The notes beneath the pieces were generated by a model, which worked only from the letters and a program-made list of their open reading frames with translations, had not been told where the DNA came from and made no database searches. The position numbers and the translations under genes were made by a program. A stretch of 45,522 nt of DNA from an uncultured bacterium (GTDB lineage: Bacteria > Joyebacterota > Joyebacteria > Joyebacterales > Joyebacteraceae): positions 7,036-52,557 of the forward strand of contig CAZLTC010000003.1 in the NCBI GenBank assembly GCA_964562405.1, given 5' to 3'. Position 1 is the first letter of the stretch, and every line of letters begins with the position of its first letter. Of the stretch, positions 36,896 to 45,522 are shown piece after piece.

Positions 36896-36950
36896 GAAAA
36901 AGGCGTGACGCCCAAGCCTGCAAGTAACACTCAGCCCTTCCACTGATTGC
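36896..36950 (-). ncRNA. Candidate Na+-I (DUF1646-like) riboswitch with intrinsic terminator
   Basis: RNA AUCAGUGGAAGGGCUGAGUGUUACUUGCAGGCUUGGGCGUCACGCCUUUUUC: P1 UCAGU/GCUGA with purine loop, CAGG..UUGGG element, GGGCG/CGCCU hairpin plus U-run; located 5' of an Mrp operon. Family match is from recollection of the consensus, not computed. Confidence 0.6.
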
Positions 36951-37019
36951 TGCTCGCGGGTCGAACGAAGCCCCAACCTCTGCGAAGATAGTACCGGGTC
37001 GGGGATTATGGTCACAGGG

Positions 37020-37049
37020 AGTTTATCGTCGGAAGCTCATATGCGTCAA
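37020..37049 (-). promoter_or_regulatory. Sigma70-type promoter of the hydrogenase/Mrp operon
   Basis: TTGACG-N18-TAAACT; implies a ~280-nt leader. Confidence 0.55.
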
Positions 37050-37080
37050 GCGTAAAGACCCGCATGTTCCCGGAGGCGGA

Positions 37081-38025
37081 CTACTCCTTGGGAGAGAGGA
37101 ATCTGAGGTCGAGCGCGCCGTCGCCGGCCTTCTTGTCGAACACGTACTTGCGCACGCGCGCGAGGACCTTCTCCATGGTCTCCAGATACATGCGCTCCCG
37201 AACTGCCGACGGGGTCTTCCGGTATTCGGTGCTTATCGCGCGGAAGCGCTGCGCTTCGCCCTCCGCCCTCGAGATCTTCTCTGAACGGTAGCCGGTCGCT
37301 GATGCGAGAAGACCCGCCGCATCGCCCCTTGCGGTGGGAACGACGCGGTTCTGGTATCCCTCCGCCTCCTGGATGATCCTGTTCCGGTCCTCGCGGGCGC
37401 TCGCGACCTCTCTGAACGCGTCGGCGACCTCGCGCGGAGGGTTGGTCTCCTGCAGGTGCGCGGCCACGATCTCGATGCCCGCGCCGTACTCGTCCAGCAC
37501 CACCTGCGCTCGCTCCTTAACGGCGGTGGCTATCTCGACCCTCGCGGTCGTGAGGATATCATCGACCGGCATGCGGCTGATCTTCTCGGTGAGCACGGAC
37601 TCGCCGACACGCCTCACCAGCCAGTGCGGCTCCTCACAGGCGAACAGAAAGTTCTCGGGGGACTTGACGACGTACTGTATCAGAAGCTGTATCTCTATGA
37701 TGTTCTCATCGCCCGTGACGAACTGGGCCTCGCGCGGCTCGGGTGTCAGTCCGCGAAGCTGGTCTATGATCTTGTAGCCCACGCTCATGCGCTTGATCGA
37801 GGTCACCTGCGGCGTATCAACGACATCGACCGGCCAGGGGATCCTGTAGTGGATCCCGGGCGCTACCGACGATCGGACCACGCGACCGAATCGGCGTACG
37901 ACCCCTCGCTCATCCGACTGGACTACGTAGATGCCGGAGAGGAGATACAGACCGACTGCCGCGAGAAGGGTCAGCCGCGCCATCCGCCTCACGCGCGAGA
38001 ACCCGGCCGACATGTCGGAGCGCAT
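37081..38025 (-). CDS. hflK: HflK (SPFH) FtsH modulator
   Basis: GVVRRFGR, PGIHYRIPWP, TGDENI, PPREVADAFREVASARED, ARGDA, RMYLETME; start uncertain. Confidence 0.88.
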   Translation of the reverse strand: MRSDMSAGFSRVRRMARLTLLAAVGLYLLSGIYVVQSDERGVVRRFGRVVRSSVAPGIHYRIPWPVDVVDTPQVTSIKRMSVGYKIIDQLRGLTPEPREAQFVTGDENIIEIQLLIQYVVKSPENFLFACEEPHWLVRRVGESVLTEKISRMPVDDILTTARVEIATAVKERAQVVLDEYGAGIEIVAAHLQETNPPREVADAFREVASAREDRNRIIQEAEGYQNRVVPTARGDAAGLLASATGYRSEKISRAEGEAQRFRAISTEYRKTPSAVRERMYLETMEKVLARVRKYVFDKKAGDGALDLRFLSPKE

Positions 38026-38137
38026 GGTCACCACGGTCGCTCCGCCATCGCCACCCGCGACGCGCTCGAGGCCTTCGCCCGCGCTCCCCCGCGCGTCTCC
38101 CGGCCCGCCGTCTCTCTGGCCCGGACCCTCCATTCGA

Positions 38138-39019
38138 CTATCGTCCCTTCCTGTTCAGGAGGTCGAGAAGCTCGGAGTCCGAGGACAGGATCACCGTCGT
38201 CTTCTCGTCGAGGAACTTGCCGTACGAGTCCAGCTTCCGCGTGAACTTGTAGAAGTCGGGATCGGCACTGAACGCCCCGGCGTAGATGCTCGCGGCCTCG
38301 GCGTCGCCCTCTCCCCTTATCCCCTCAGCCTGGCGATACGCATCTGCCAGGATCTCCTGCTTCTCCCGGTCGGCCTCCGCGCGGATCCCTATGGCCTCCT
38401 CCTCGCCCTCGGACCGGTACCGCATCGCGATCCTGCCGCGCTCGGCCCGCATCCTGTCGAAGACGCTCTGCTTGTTCTGCTCAGGGAAGGCCAGCCTCTT
38501 CATCCTCACGTCGGCTATCTCTATGCCGAAGCTCGAGGCCGCGGTCGCGCGACACGCGGCGGTCACGGAGTCCATGATGGTCGCTATCCTCATCTCCCCG
38601 GGCACGATGGAGACCAGCGCGTGCAGCTGATACCGCCCGAGCGCCGCGCCCAGCTCCGACGCGATGATGTCGGCCATCCTCACCTCGGCCCCCGTCCTGT
38701 CGTTGACGGTCTCGAGGAAGCGCTTCGGATCGTCGATCCTCCACGCCACGAACGCGTCCGCCACGATGTTCTTCTTGTCGTTCGTCAGAAACTCCACGGG
38801 CTTCGGATCGTAGACCAGGAGTCTCTTGTCGAAGAACCTCACCGCCTGGACCGGCTGCGGCGCCTTCCAGTGCAGACCCGCATCCTCGATGACCCTCGTC
38901 GGCCGCCCGAACTGCGTTACAATCGCCGTCTTCGTCTCGTCCACGACGAACACGGACGTTCGGGCGATGAGCAGCGCGATCACGATCGCGGCCACGAGGT
39001 AGAACCAGCGTTTCTCCAT
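38138..39019 (-). CDS. hflC: HflC (SPFH) FtsH modulator
   Basis: FVVDET..AIVTQFG, TNDKKN, VFDRMRAER, YRSEGEE, RGEGDAEA, DPDFYKF. Confidence 0.92.
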   Translation of the reverse strand: MEKRWFYLVAAIVIALLIARTSVFVVDETKTAIVTQFGRPTRVIEDAGLHWKAPQPVQAVRFFDKRLLVYDPKPVEFLTNDKKNIVADAFVAWRIDDPKRFLETVNDRTGAEVRMADIIASELGAALGRYQLHALVSIVPGEMRIATIMDSVTAACRATAASSFGIEIADVRMKRLAFPEQNKQSVFDRMRAERGRIAMRYRSEGEEEAIGIRAEADREKQEILADAYRQAEGIRGEGDAEAASIYAGAFSADPDFYKFTRKLDSYGKFLDEKTTVILSSDSELLDLLNRKGR

Positions 39020-39104
39020 TGTCTCGCTCCGTGTGGTTCGGTCGGACCTCGTCACGAGTCGGACGGTCCAGACCGTGCGCCGGCCAGGCCCGGCGGCCCG
39101 GCGG

Positions 39105-40823
39105 TCAGTCGAGCTTCGTCGCGGTCCCCAGCGTTTTGTCGAACATGCGGATGTCGTAGCCCTTGAGGTCGACGCCGCTCCCGATGACGAACTTCTCGAC
39201 GTTCCTTAGAAGCTCCTCCATCGTCTCGATGTAGAGCCTTGTCTCCGTTATGTCCTTGGCCTTCTTGTACTCGCCCGCGAGTGCCAGGAATCTATCGGCG
39301 TCGCCGTGTGCCTTGTCGATGCGCTCCGCGCGATAGCCCTGGGCCTCGAGCACGAGCCGCTTCGCGTCTCCGCGAGCCTTCGGCACGGTGTCGTTCTCGT
39401 AGGCAAGCGCTTCGTTGATGATCCTGTTCTTGTCCTCCCGCGCGCTCGAAACGTCCCTGAACGCCGACACGACCTCAAGCGGCGGGTGCATGTCCTGAAG
39501 ACGGACGCCCACGATCTCGACCCCGGCCCCCGCATCTCCGACCAGGCGCTCGAGGCCCGCCGCCAGCGCGGTCTCGAGCGAGTCGCGGCTGGTGGTGAGG
39601 ACGTCCTCGATGGGGAGCGAGCCGATGACCTCTCCCATGACCGATTCGGCGGCCAGCTTCACGAGGTCTTGCGTCGAGGCGACGTTGAAGAGGTAGTCGC
39701 TCTCGTCGGACACTCGATAGAGGACGACGGCATTCACGTCGACGACGTTCTCGTCGCCGGTGAGCCTGAGCGCCTCCTCGGGCCGTTTCTCGTAGGTGCC
39801 GGCCGCGTGCCTGCTCTCCCACATCGTGGCGTAATACTCGGCCGCGACATCGGTAACCGCTGCCGGGACCGCTCTCGTCTCGAATCCGAGTTCGATGCGT
39901 CTGACGAAAGGCATGTCCACCCTTATGACGCGGTCTGCCGGCCACGGCGCCTTGAAGTGCATGCCTGGAGGAACCGGGTCTCCGAAGGCGCGCCCCCATC
40001 TGAGCACCACGCCCGAACGGCCCGGGCCCACGAAGTAGACGCCGGAGGACACCCAGACGGTGATGAGAACCAGGACAAGCCCCTGGGCGAGCCGTCTGCG
40101 CGAGCGCGGGTTCGCGACCAGGCCTCGGAGGAACGAGGCGGCCCGCGGCGCGCCCACGCGGGTCAGCGCTTCGCGTGCCGCGCGCACGGGCGCCCAGCCG
40201 TACAGGGCGAGGAACGGCGCGGACTCCATCACGCTGCCATCCCTGAGGCCGCGCACCGCCGCCACGATGATCATCGCACCGGATTCCACAATGAAGAGAG
40301 CGACGACGACGGCAGCGAGCCTGTCCAGCCCAATCCCTATCGCGTGGCCCATCAGGCCTACGATGACGGCCCCCGTCGTCCAGGTGTCGATGCGCGAGTG
40401 ATGGCCGTCTGCGACCAGCGACGGGCTCCCGGTCTCACGGCCGACGTGAAGCTTGTACTGTGCTGCGTAGTAAGAGACGAACGCGGCGATGATGCTGCCG
40501 CCGATGGCGAGAGGGAGTCTGGTTATGACGGAGCCTGTGACGCCCGAGACCTTGCGGAATATGCCGACGGCGGCCCACAGGATCAGGCCGCCGATGACGA
40601 GCGCCGCAAGGTTCTCGACGAGCGCGAGACTCTTGCTTCCCTCGCGGCGGGATATCCGCGCACCGGCCCACACGACGGCGGAGGCCGCGATGTCGGATCC
40701 GGAGTGCCAGGCGTCGGCCAGTAGCGCGAGACTGCCTGACAGCATTGCGAGCGTGACCTTGAGCGCCACGAGGCCGACGTTGATGCCGACCGACACGAGC
40801 GCCGTTCGCTCTATACGGTTCAT
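39105..40823 (-). CDS. Cation diffusion facilitator TM domain fused to HflK-type SPFH domain
   Basis: N-half: SGSLALLADAWHSGSD, SPSLVADGHHSRID; C-half: PGMHFKAPWP, LTGDENVV, PPLEVVSAFRDVSSARED, RLYIETME. Confidence 0.85.
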   Translation of the reverse strand: MNRIERTALVSVGINVGLVALKVTLAMLSGSLALLADAWHSGSDIAASAVVWAGARISRREGSKSLALVENLAALVIGGLILWAAVGIFRKVSGVTGSVITRLPLAIGGSIIAAFVSYYAAQYKLHVGRETGSPSLVADGHHSRIDTWTTGAVIVGLMGHAIGIGLDRLAAVVVALFIVESGAMIIVAAVRGLRDGSVMESAPFLALYGWAPVRAAREALTRVGAPRAASFLRGLVANPRSRRRLAQGLVLVLITVWVSSGVYFVGPGRSGVVLRWGRAFGDPVPPGMHFKAPWPADRVIRVDMPFVRRIELGFETRAVPAAVTDVAAEYYATMWESRHAAGTYEKRPEEALRLTGDENVVDVNAVVLYRVSDESDYLFNVASTQDLVKLAAESVMGEVIGSLPIEDVLTTSRDSLETALAAGLERLVGDAGAGVEIVGVRLQDMHPPLEVVSAFRDVSSAREDKNRIINEALAYENDTVPKARGDAKRLVLEAQGYRAERIDKAHGDADRFLALAGEYKKAKDITETRLYIETMEELLRNVEKFVIGSGVDLKGYDIRMFDKTLGTATKLD

Positions 40824-40914
40824 GCGCACCCTCACTCACTACCTGCCCGACGCCCCGGACGAAGCCCTTGTGGCACTCTGGTCCGCGGCAGTCCGACTCC
40901 CGAGGGTAGTCCTG

Positions 40915-43341
40915 CTAGTCCTCCGACACGACGCGGGCAACGTCGGTCACGTGGTCGCCCTCTCCAAGATGAATGACCGTGACGCCCTGCGTGTTGCGAC
41001 CGATCACAGATATGCCGGAGACGGGGAGCCTGATCATCAGGCCGTTGCGAGTCATGATCATGAGCTCGTCCGTGTCGTTGACGACCTTCACGGCGACCAC
41101 CGGGCCGTTGCGCTTCGTGGTCTTGATGGAAATGACACCCTTGCCGCCGCGGCGAGTCACCCTGTAGTCGTGGATGTTGGTCCTCTTGCCGTAGCCGTTC
41201 TCGGTGACGGAGAGAATGGTTCCGCCCTCCCCCACTATGACGGCCATCGAGACGACCTCGTTGCCCTTCTCGAGCGATGTCCCCTTGACGCCCCGCGCGC
41301 TCCGCCCCATCTCCCTGACGTCCTGCTCGTGGAAACGGATCGCCTTGCCCCGCTTCTTACCCAGCAGGATGTCGCACGATCCGTCGGTCATCGCGGCGTC
41401 GATCAGCTCGTCGCCCTCGTCGATGCCCATCGCTTTGATGCCGCCGCGCCTGGGATGCGAGAAAGCGGACAGCCGCGTCTTCTTGATGATGCCGTTGCGG
41501 GTCGCCATGACAATGTAGTGGTCGTCGTCGAACTCGCGCACGGGCACGAAGCCCTTCAGGCACTCGCCTTTGTTGAGCTGAAGTATGTTGACGATGGCCT
41601 TTCCCTTCGCCGCGCGCCCGACCTGCGGGATCTCGTGGACCCTGAGCCAGTGGCACTGCCCGGTCTGGGTGAAGAAGAGGATGTAGTCGTGGGTCGAGGC
41701 GATCATCATGTGTTCGACGAAGTCGTCTTCCTTCGTGCCCATGCCGGTCACGCCCTTGCCACCGCGCGCCTGGCGGCGGTACGTGCCGACCGGCAGCCTC
41801 TTGATGTAGCCCGAGTGCGAGATCGAGATGGCCATGTCCTCTTCAGCGATCAGGTCCTCGATCGAGAAGTCGGTCGTCGCCTCGACGATCTCCGTACGCC
41901 GGTCGTCCCCGTATGTCTCTGCCGCCTCGCGTAGGTCGTCCTTGATGATGGCGAGCACCTTGGCACGACTCTCAAGGATGCTCTTCAGGTAGGCGATGAG
42001 CTTGATGGTCTCCTTGTACTCGTCCTCGATCTTCTTGCGCTGGAGACCTGTGAGGCGCTGCAGGCGCATGTCGAGGATCGCCTGCGCCTGGATCTCCGAG
42101 AGCTTGAACGTCTTCATGAGACGCGTGCGGGCCTCGTCGACGTCCTTGGCCTTCTTTATGAGCTGGACGATCTCGTCGATGTGGTCGAGAGCCTTCTTGA
42201 GGCCCTCCAGGATGTGGGCGCGCGCCTCTGCCTTCGCCAGGTCGAACCTCGTCCTCCTGACGATGACCTCCTCGCGGTGCGCGACGAAGAGGTCGAGCAT
42301 CCGCCGAAGGGTCAGGACCATCGGGACGCCGTCGACGAGCGACAGCATGTTGGCGCCGAACGTGGTCTGCATCTGCGTGTGCTTGTAGAGCTGGTTCAGG
42401 ATGACCGCCGCCTGCGAGTCGCGCTTCAGGTCGATGACAACGCGGATGCCGTCGCGGTCTGACTCATCGCGGATGTCCCTGATGCCCTCGATCTTCCCGT
42501 TTCGCACTAGGTCGGCGATGGCCTCGATGAGGTTGGCCTTGTTCACCATGAAGGGAATCTCGGTGATGATGATGCACTCCGCCCCGTTCGCGTGCGTCTC
42601 GACATTCGCCTTCGCGCGCACGATGATGCGGCCTCTGCCGGTAAGGTATGCATCCCGAATCCCTGCGCGGCCGAAGATGATGCCGCCCGTCGGGAAGTCC
42701 GGACCCTTCACGATCTTGAGAAGTTCCTCGTCCTTGACCGCCGGCTCGTCTATCACCCGCGTGATGCCCTCGACCAGCTCGCGCAGGTTCTGGGGCGGCA
42801 CGTTCGTCGCCATCCCGACCGCGATGCCGGACGCCCCGTTCATGAGGAGGTTGGGTAGCTTCGCCGGGAGGACGACGGGCTCCTGCCGCGTCTCATCGTA
42901 GTTCGGGACGAAATCGACCGTATCCTTCTTGATGTCGGCCATGAGGTCTCCGGCGATGCGCGTCATGCGCGCCTCCGTGTACCTCTCGGCCGCGGCGCTG
43001 TCGCCGTCGATCGACCCGAAGTTCCCCTGACCGTCAACGAGCGGATAGCGAAGTGAGAACTCCTGTGCCATTCGCACCATCGCATCGTAGACCGCCGACG
43101 TGCCGTGGGGGTGGTAGTTGCCGGTCACGTCGCCGGATATCTTGGCCGACTTCCTGTAGCCCTTGTTGTGGGCAAGTCCCAGCTCGTCCATCGCGACGAG
43201 GATACGCCTCTGCACGGGTTTGAGCCCGTCGCGCACGTCGGGAAGAGCTCTCGACACGATCACGCTCATCGCGTAATCGATGTAGGACTTCTTCATCTCA
43301 TCTTCGATGACTACTGGGAGTATCTTCTCGGTCTGTGCCAT
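40915..43341 (-). CDS. gyrA: DNA gyrase subunit A
   Basis: [27 protein letters not shown] catalytic Tyr, GyrA-box QARGGKG, beta-pinwheel repeats. Confidence 0.97.
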   Translation of the reverse strand: MAQTEKILPVVIEDEMKKSYIDYAMSVIVSRALPDVRDGLKPVQRRILVAMDELGLAHNKGYRKSAKISGDVTGNYHPHGTSAVYDAMVRMAQEFSLRYPLVDGQGNFGSIDGDSAAAERYTEARMTRIAGDLMADIKKDTVDFVPNYDETRQEPVVLPAKLPNLLMNGASGIAVGMATNVPPQNLRELVEGITRVIDEPAVKDEELLKIVKGPDFPTGGIIFGRAGIRDAYLTGRGRIIVRAKANVETHANGAECIIITEIPFMVNKANLIEAIADLVRNGKIEGIRDIRDESDRDGIRVVIDLKRDSQAAVILNQLYKHTQMQTTFGANMLSLVDGVPMVLTLRRMLDLFVAHREEVIVRRTRFDLAKAEARAHILEGLKKALDHIDEIVQLIKKAKDVDEARTRLMKTFKLSEIQAQAILDMRLQRLTGLQRKKIEDEYKETIKLIAYLKSILESRAKVLAIIKDDLREAAETYGDDRRTEIVEATTDFSIEDLIAEEDMAISISHSGYIKRLPVGTYRRQARGGKGVTGMGTKEDDFVEHMMIASTHDYILFFTQTGQCHWLRVHEIPQVGRAAKGKAIVNILQLNKGECLKGFVPVREFDDDHYIVMATRNGIIKKTRLSAFSHPRRGGIKAMGIDEGDELIDAAMTDGSCDILLGKKRGKAIRFHEQDVREMGRSARGVKGTSLEKGNEVVSMAVIVGEGGTILSVTENGYGKRTNIHDYRVTRRGGKGVISIKTTKRNGPVVAVKVVNDTDELMIMTRNGLMIRLPVSGISVIGRNTQGVTVIHLGEGDHVTDVARVVSED

Positions 43342-43361
43342 CGTCCCCCTACCCGATCAAC

Positions 43362-45522
43362 TTATACGTCCAGGTTGCGCACGTGCTTGGCGTGCGTCTC
43401 GATGAACTTCCGGCGCGGCTCTACCGCGTCGCCCATCAGGATGCTGAACGTGTGGTCCGCTTCGGCCGCGCTCTCGATCGATACCTGCAGCATGACGCGA
43501 CGCTCCGGGTCCATCGTGGTCGCCCAGAGCTGCTCGGGATTCATCTCACCAAGTCCCTTGAAGCGCTGGAGGTCCGCGCCGTCACGTCCGACGCGCTTCA
43601 GTGTCTTCTCGAGCTCCTTCTCATCGTAGCAATAGTACTCTTCCTTCCCCTTCTTCACGCGATAGAGAGGGGGCTGAGCGATGTAGAGGTGCCCGCTCTC
43701 GATAAGCTCGACCATGAACCTGTAGAAGAACGTCAGCAGCAGCGTGCGGATGTGGGCGCCATCGACGTCGGCGTCGGTCATGATGATGGTCTTGCCGTAC
43801 CGGAGTTTCGTGATGTCGAAGCCCTCGTCGTCACCGTCTCCGGTTTCGCTCACGCCGGTTCCGAGAGCCGTGATGATCGTCCCTATCTCGATGTTGTGAA
43901 AGACCTTGTCGAGGCGCGCCTTGAAGACGTTCAGGACCTTGCCTCGGAGCGGGAGTATCGCCTGGAAGCGGCGGTCTCTTCCCGACTTCGCGGAGCCACC
44001 GGCCGAATCGCCCTCGACCAGGAATATCTCGCAGTGCTCCGGGTCGGTGATGGAACAATCGGCGAGCTTCCCGGGTAGCGACCCGCTCTCGAGCACCGAC
44101 TTTCTTCGCGTGAGGTCGCGGGCCTTCCTCGCGGCCGCCCGGGCCTGGGACGACGAGACGGCCTTCGATACGATCTTCCTCGCGACCGACGGCGTCTCCT
44201 CGAAGAACTCCTGCAGCCCCTCCCCCACGATGGATGCCACAACGCCCTTGACGTCGTTGTTGCCGAGCTTGGTCTTGGTCTGCCCCTCGAACTGGGGCTC
44301 CTTGACCTTGACGCTGACGACGGCCGCGAGGCCCTCGAGGCAATCGTCGCCCGACACGTTCTCGTTGCCCTTCCCGAGGAGGTTGTTCTTCTCGCCGTAC
44401 GTGTTGATCGTGCGGGTGAGCGCCTGCTTGAAACCCGTGAGGTGCGTGCCGCCCTCGACCGTGTTGATGTTGTTGGCGTACGAGTAGATGCTGGCGCGGT
44501 ATGTGTCGTTGTACTGGAGCGCGATCTCGACCACCGTGTCGTCTCTCGTCTTCTCGAAGTGCACGATCTTCGTGTGCAGCACGTTCGTGTTTTCGTTCAC
44601 GAACTTCACGAACTCGCGCAGACCGCCCTTGTAGCGGTGCTCGACCTTCTCGCCGCTCCGCTCGTCCTCTACGGTGATCGTGAGGCCGGCGTTCAGGAAG
44701 GCAAGCTCCCTGCAGCGCGACGCGACCGTCTCGAAATCGAATTCGGTCTCTTCGAAGACCTCGCTGTCCGGGAAGAACGTCGTCTTGTTGCCGCTCTTCT
44801 TGCGCTTGCCGATCGGCTTGACCTTTTCCTCCGGCACGCCGCGCACGTAGTTCTGAGCGTACACGATCCCCTCGCGGGCGACCTCGACCCGGCACCACTC
44901 CGAAAGAGCGTTCACGACGGAGACGCCGACGCCGTGCAGACCGCCCGAGACCTTGTACGAGTGCTTGTCGAACTTGCCACCGGCGTGGAGGACCGTCATC
45001 ACCACTTCGAGCGCCGACTTCTTCTGTGTCGGGTGCCTGTCGACGGGGATGCCGCGCCCGTTGTCCTCGACCGAGACGCTTCCGTCCTTGTGGATGACAA
45101 CACCGATCTTGTCGCAGTAGCCGGCCATCGCCTCATCCACAGAGTTGTCAACCACCTCGTAGATGAGATGATGGAGACCGCGCCGTCCGGTGTCGCCGAT
45201 GTACATCGCCGGGCGCTTGCGAACGGCCTCGAGGCCCTTGAGGACCTGGATGTGCTTCGCGTCGTACGACGCATCGTCCACATGCGTCGCCGACTGCTCG
45301 ATGGGAAACTCCTCGGTGACGACCTTCTCGATGTCGACCGGGACCGCGGCGGCCTCGATGGGCTCCTTCGAGCCCGACTCGGGCGCGGCCGAGGACTTCA
45401 CGCCGGTCGGCTTCTTCTTCGCGCCCGCGGCCTTCTTGCTCGGCGCCGGCTTCTTCTTGCCGTCCACCTTCTTCTTCGAAGCGCTCGCCTTCTTCGCCGG
45501 TGCCGGCTTCTTCTTGCCGTCC
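43362..45522 (-). CDS. gyrB: DNA gyrase subunit B (frame open to window end)
   Basis: [67 protein letters not shown]. Confidence 0.97.
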   Translation of the reverse strand, partial: DGKKKPAPAKKASASKKKVDGKKKPAPSKKAAGAKKKPTGVKSSAAPESGSKEPIEAAAVPVDIEKVVTEEFPIEQSATHVDDASYDAKHIQVLKGLEAVRKRPAMYIGDTGRRGLHHLIYEVVDNSVDEAMAGYCDKIGVVIHKDGSVSVEDNGRGIPVDRHPTQKKSALEVVMTVLHAGGKFDKHSYKVSGGLHGVGVSVVNALSEWCRVEVAREGIVYAQNYVRGVPEEKVKPIGKRKKSGNKTTFFPDSEVFEETEFDFETVASRCRELAFLNAGLTITVEDERSGEKVEHRYKGGLREFVKFVNENTNVLHTKIVHFEKTRDDTVVEIALQYNDTYRASIYSYANNINTVEGGTHLTGFKQALTRTINTYGEKNNLLGKGNENVSGDDCLEGLAAVVSVKVKEPQFEGQTKTKLGNNDVKGVVASIVGEGLQEFFEETPSVARKIVSKAVSSSQARAAARKARDLTRRKSVLESGSLPGKLADCSITDPEHCEIFLVEGDSAGGSAKSGRDRRFQAILPLRGKVLNVFKARLDKVFHNIEIGTIITALGTGVSETGDGDDEGFDITKLRYGKTIIMTDADVDGAHIRTLLLTFFYRFMVELIESGHLYIAQPPLYRVKKGKEEYYCYDEKELEKTLKRVGRDGADLQRFKGLGEMNPEQLWATTMDPERRVMLQVSIESAAEADHTFSILMGDAVEPRRKFIETHAKHVRNLDV
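45408..45522 (-). repeat. 57-bp-period coding repeat ([11 protein letters not shown]...KKK) in GyrB N-terminal extension
   Basis: CCGGCTTCTTCTTGCCGTCC at 45446-45465 and 45503-45522. Confidence 0.85.

Noticed and set aside
37000-37018. Rex/CRP-like site TGTGACCATAATCCCC near the operon TSS
   Set aside because: Only one good half-site; insufficient support.
317-39019. hflX and hflK/hflC in the same window as a remnant of the E. coli hflXKC operon
   Set aside because: Separated by more than 35 kb of unrelated genes; likely coincidental.

Overview
GC-rich bacterial chromosomal segment, probably from an uncultured anaerobe. A C-terminal TWSTIKALYRK motif hints at Eisenbacteria/Krumholzibacteria-like lineages (inference only). 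No rRNA, tRNA, CRISPR array or mobile element was seen. Left part: partial transketolase, hflX, LEA-2 lipoprotein, hydrogenase maturation protease, nucleoside phosphorylase, GNAT, DUF1648, DUF4097 and an M3 oligoendopeptidase. At 8.0-18.5 kb is a co-oriented cluster: two signal-peptide-bearing TPR-CHAT caspase-like proteases, two paralogous exported FecR-like/DUF928-like proteins each preceded by the same ECF-type promoter-like motif, and a CHASE2-3TM-PP2C phosphatase. This is a candidate extracytoplasmic proteolytic signalling system. At 22.8-36.7 kb is a 17-gene group 4 [NiFe]-hydrogenase/Mrp operon with an AsrA/AsrB-like NAD(P)H module and a catalytically empty FdhA/NuoG-like subunit. Its long leader contains a candidate Na+-I (DUF1646) riboswitch with a terminator. 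Right part: a CDF transporter-HflK fusion plus hflC and hflK, then gyrA and gyrB, where GyrB carries a histone-H1-like Lys/Ala/Pro repeat N-terminal extension.
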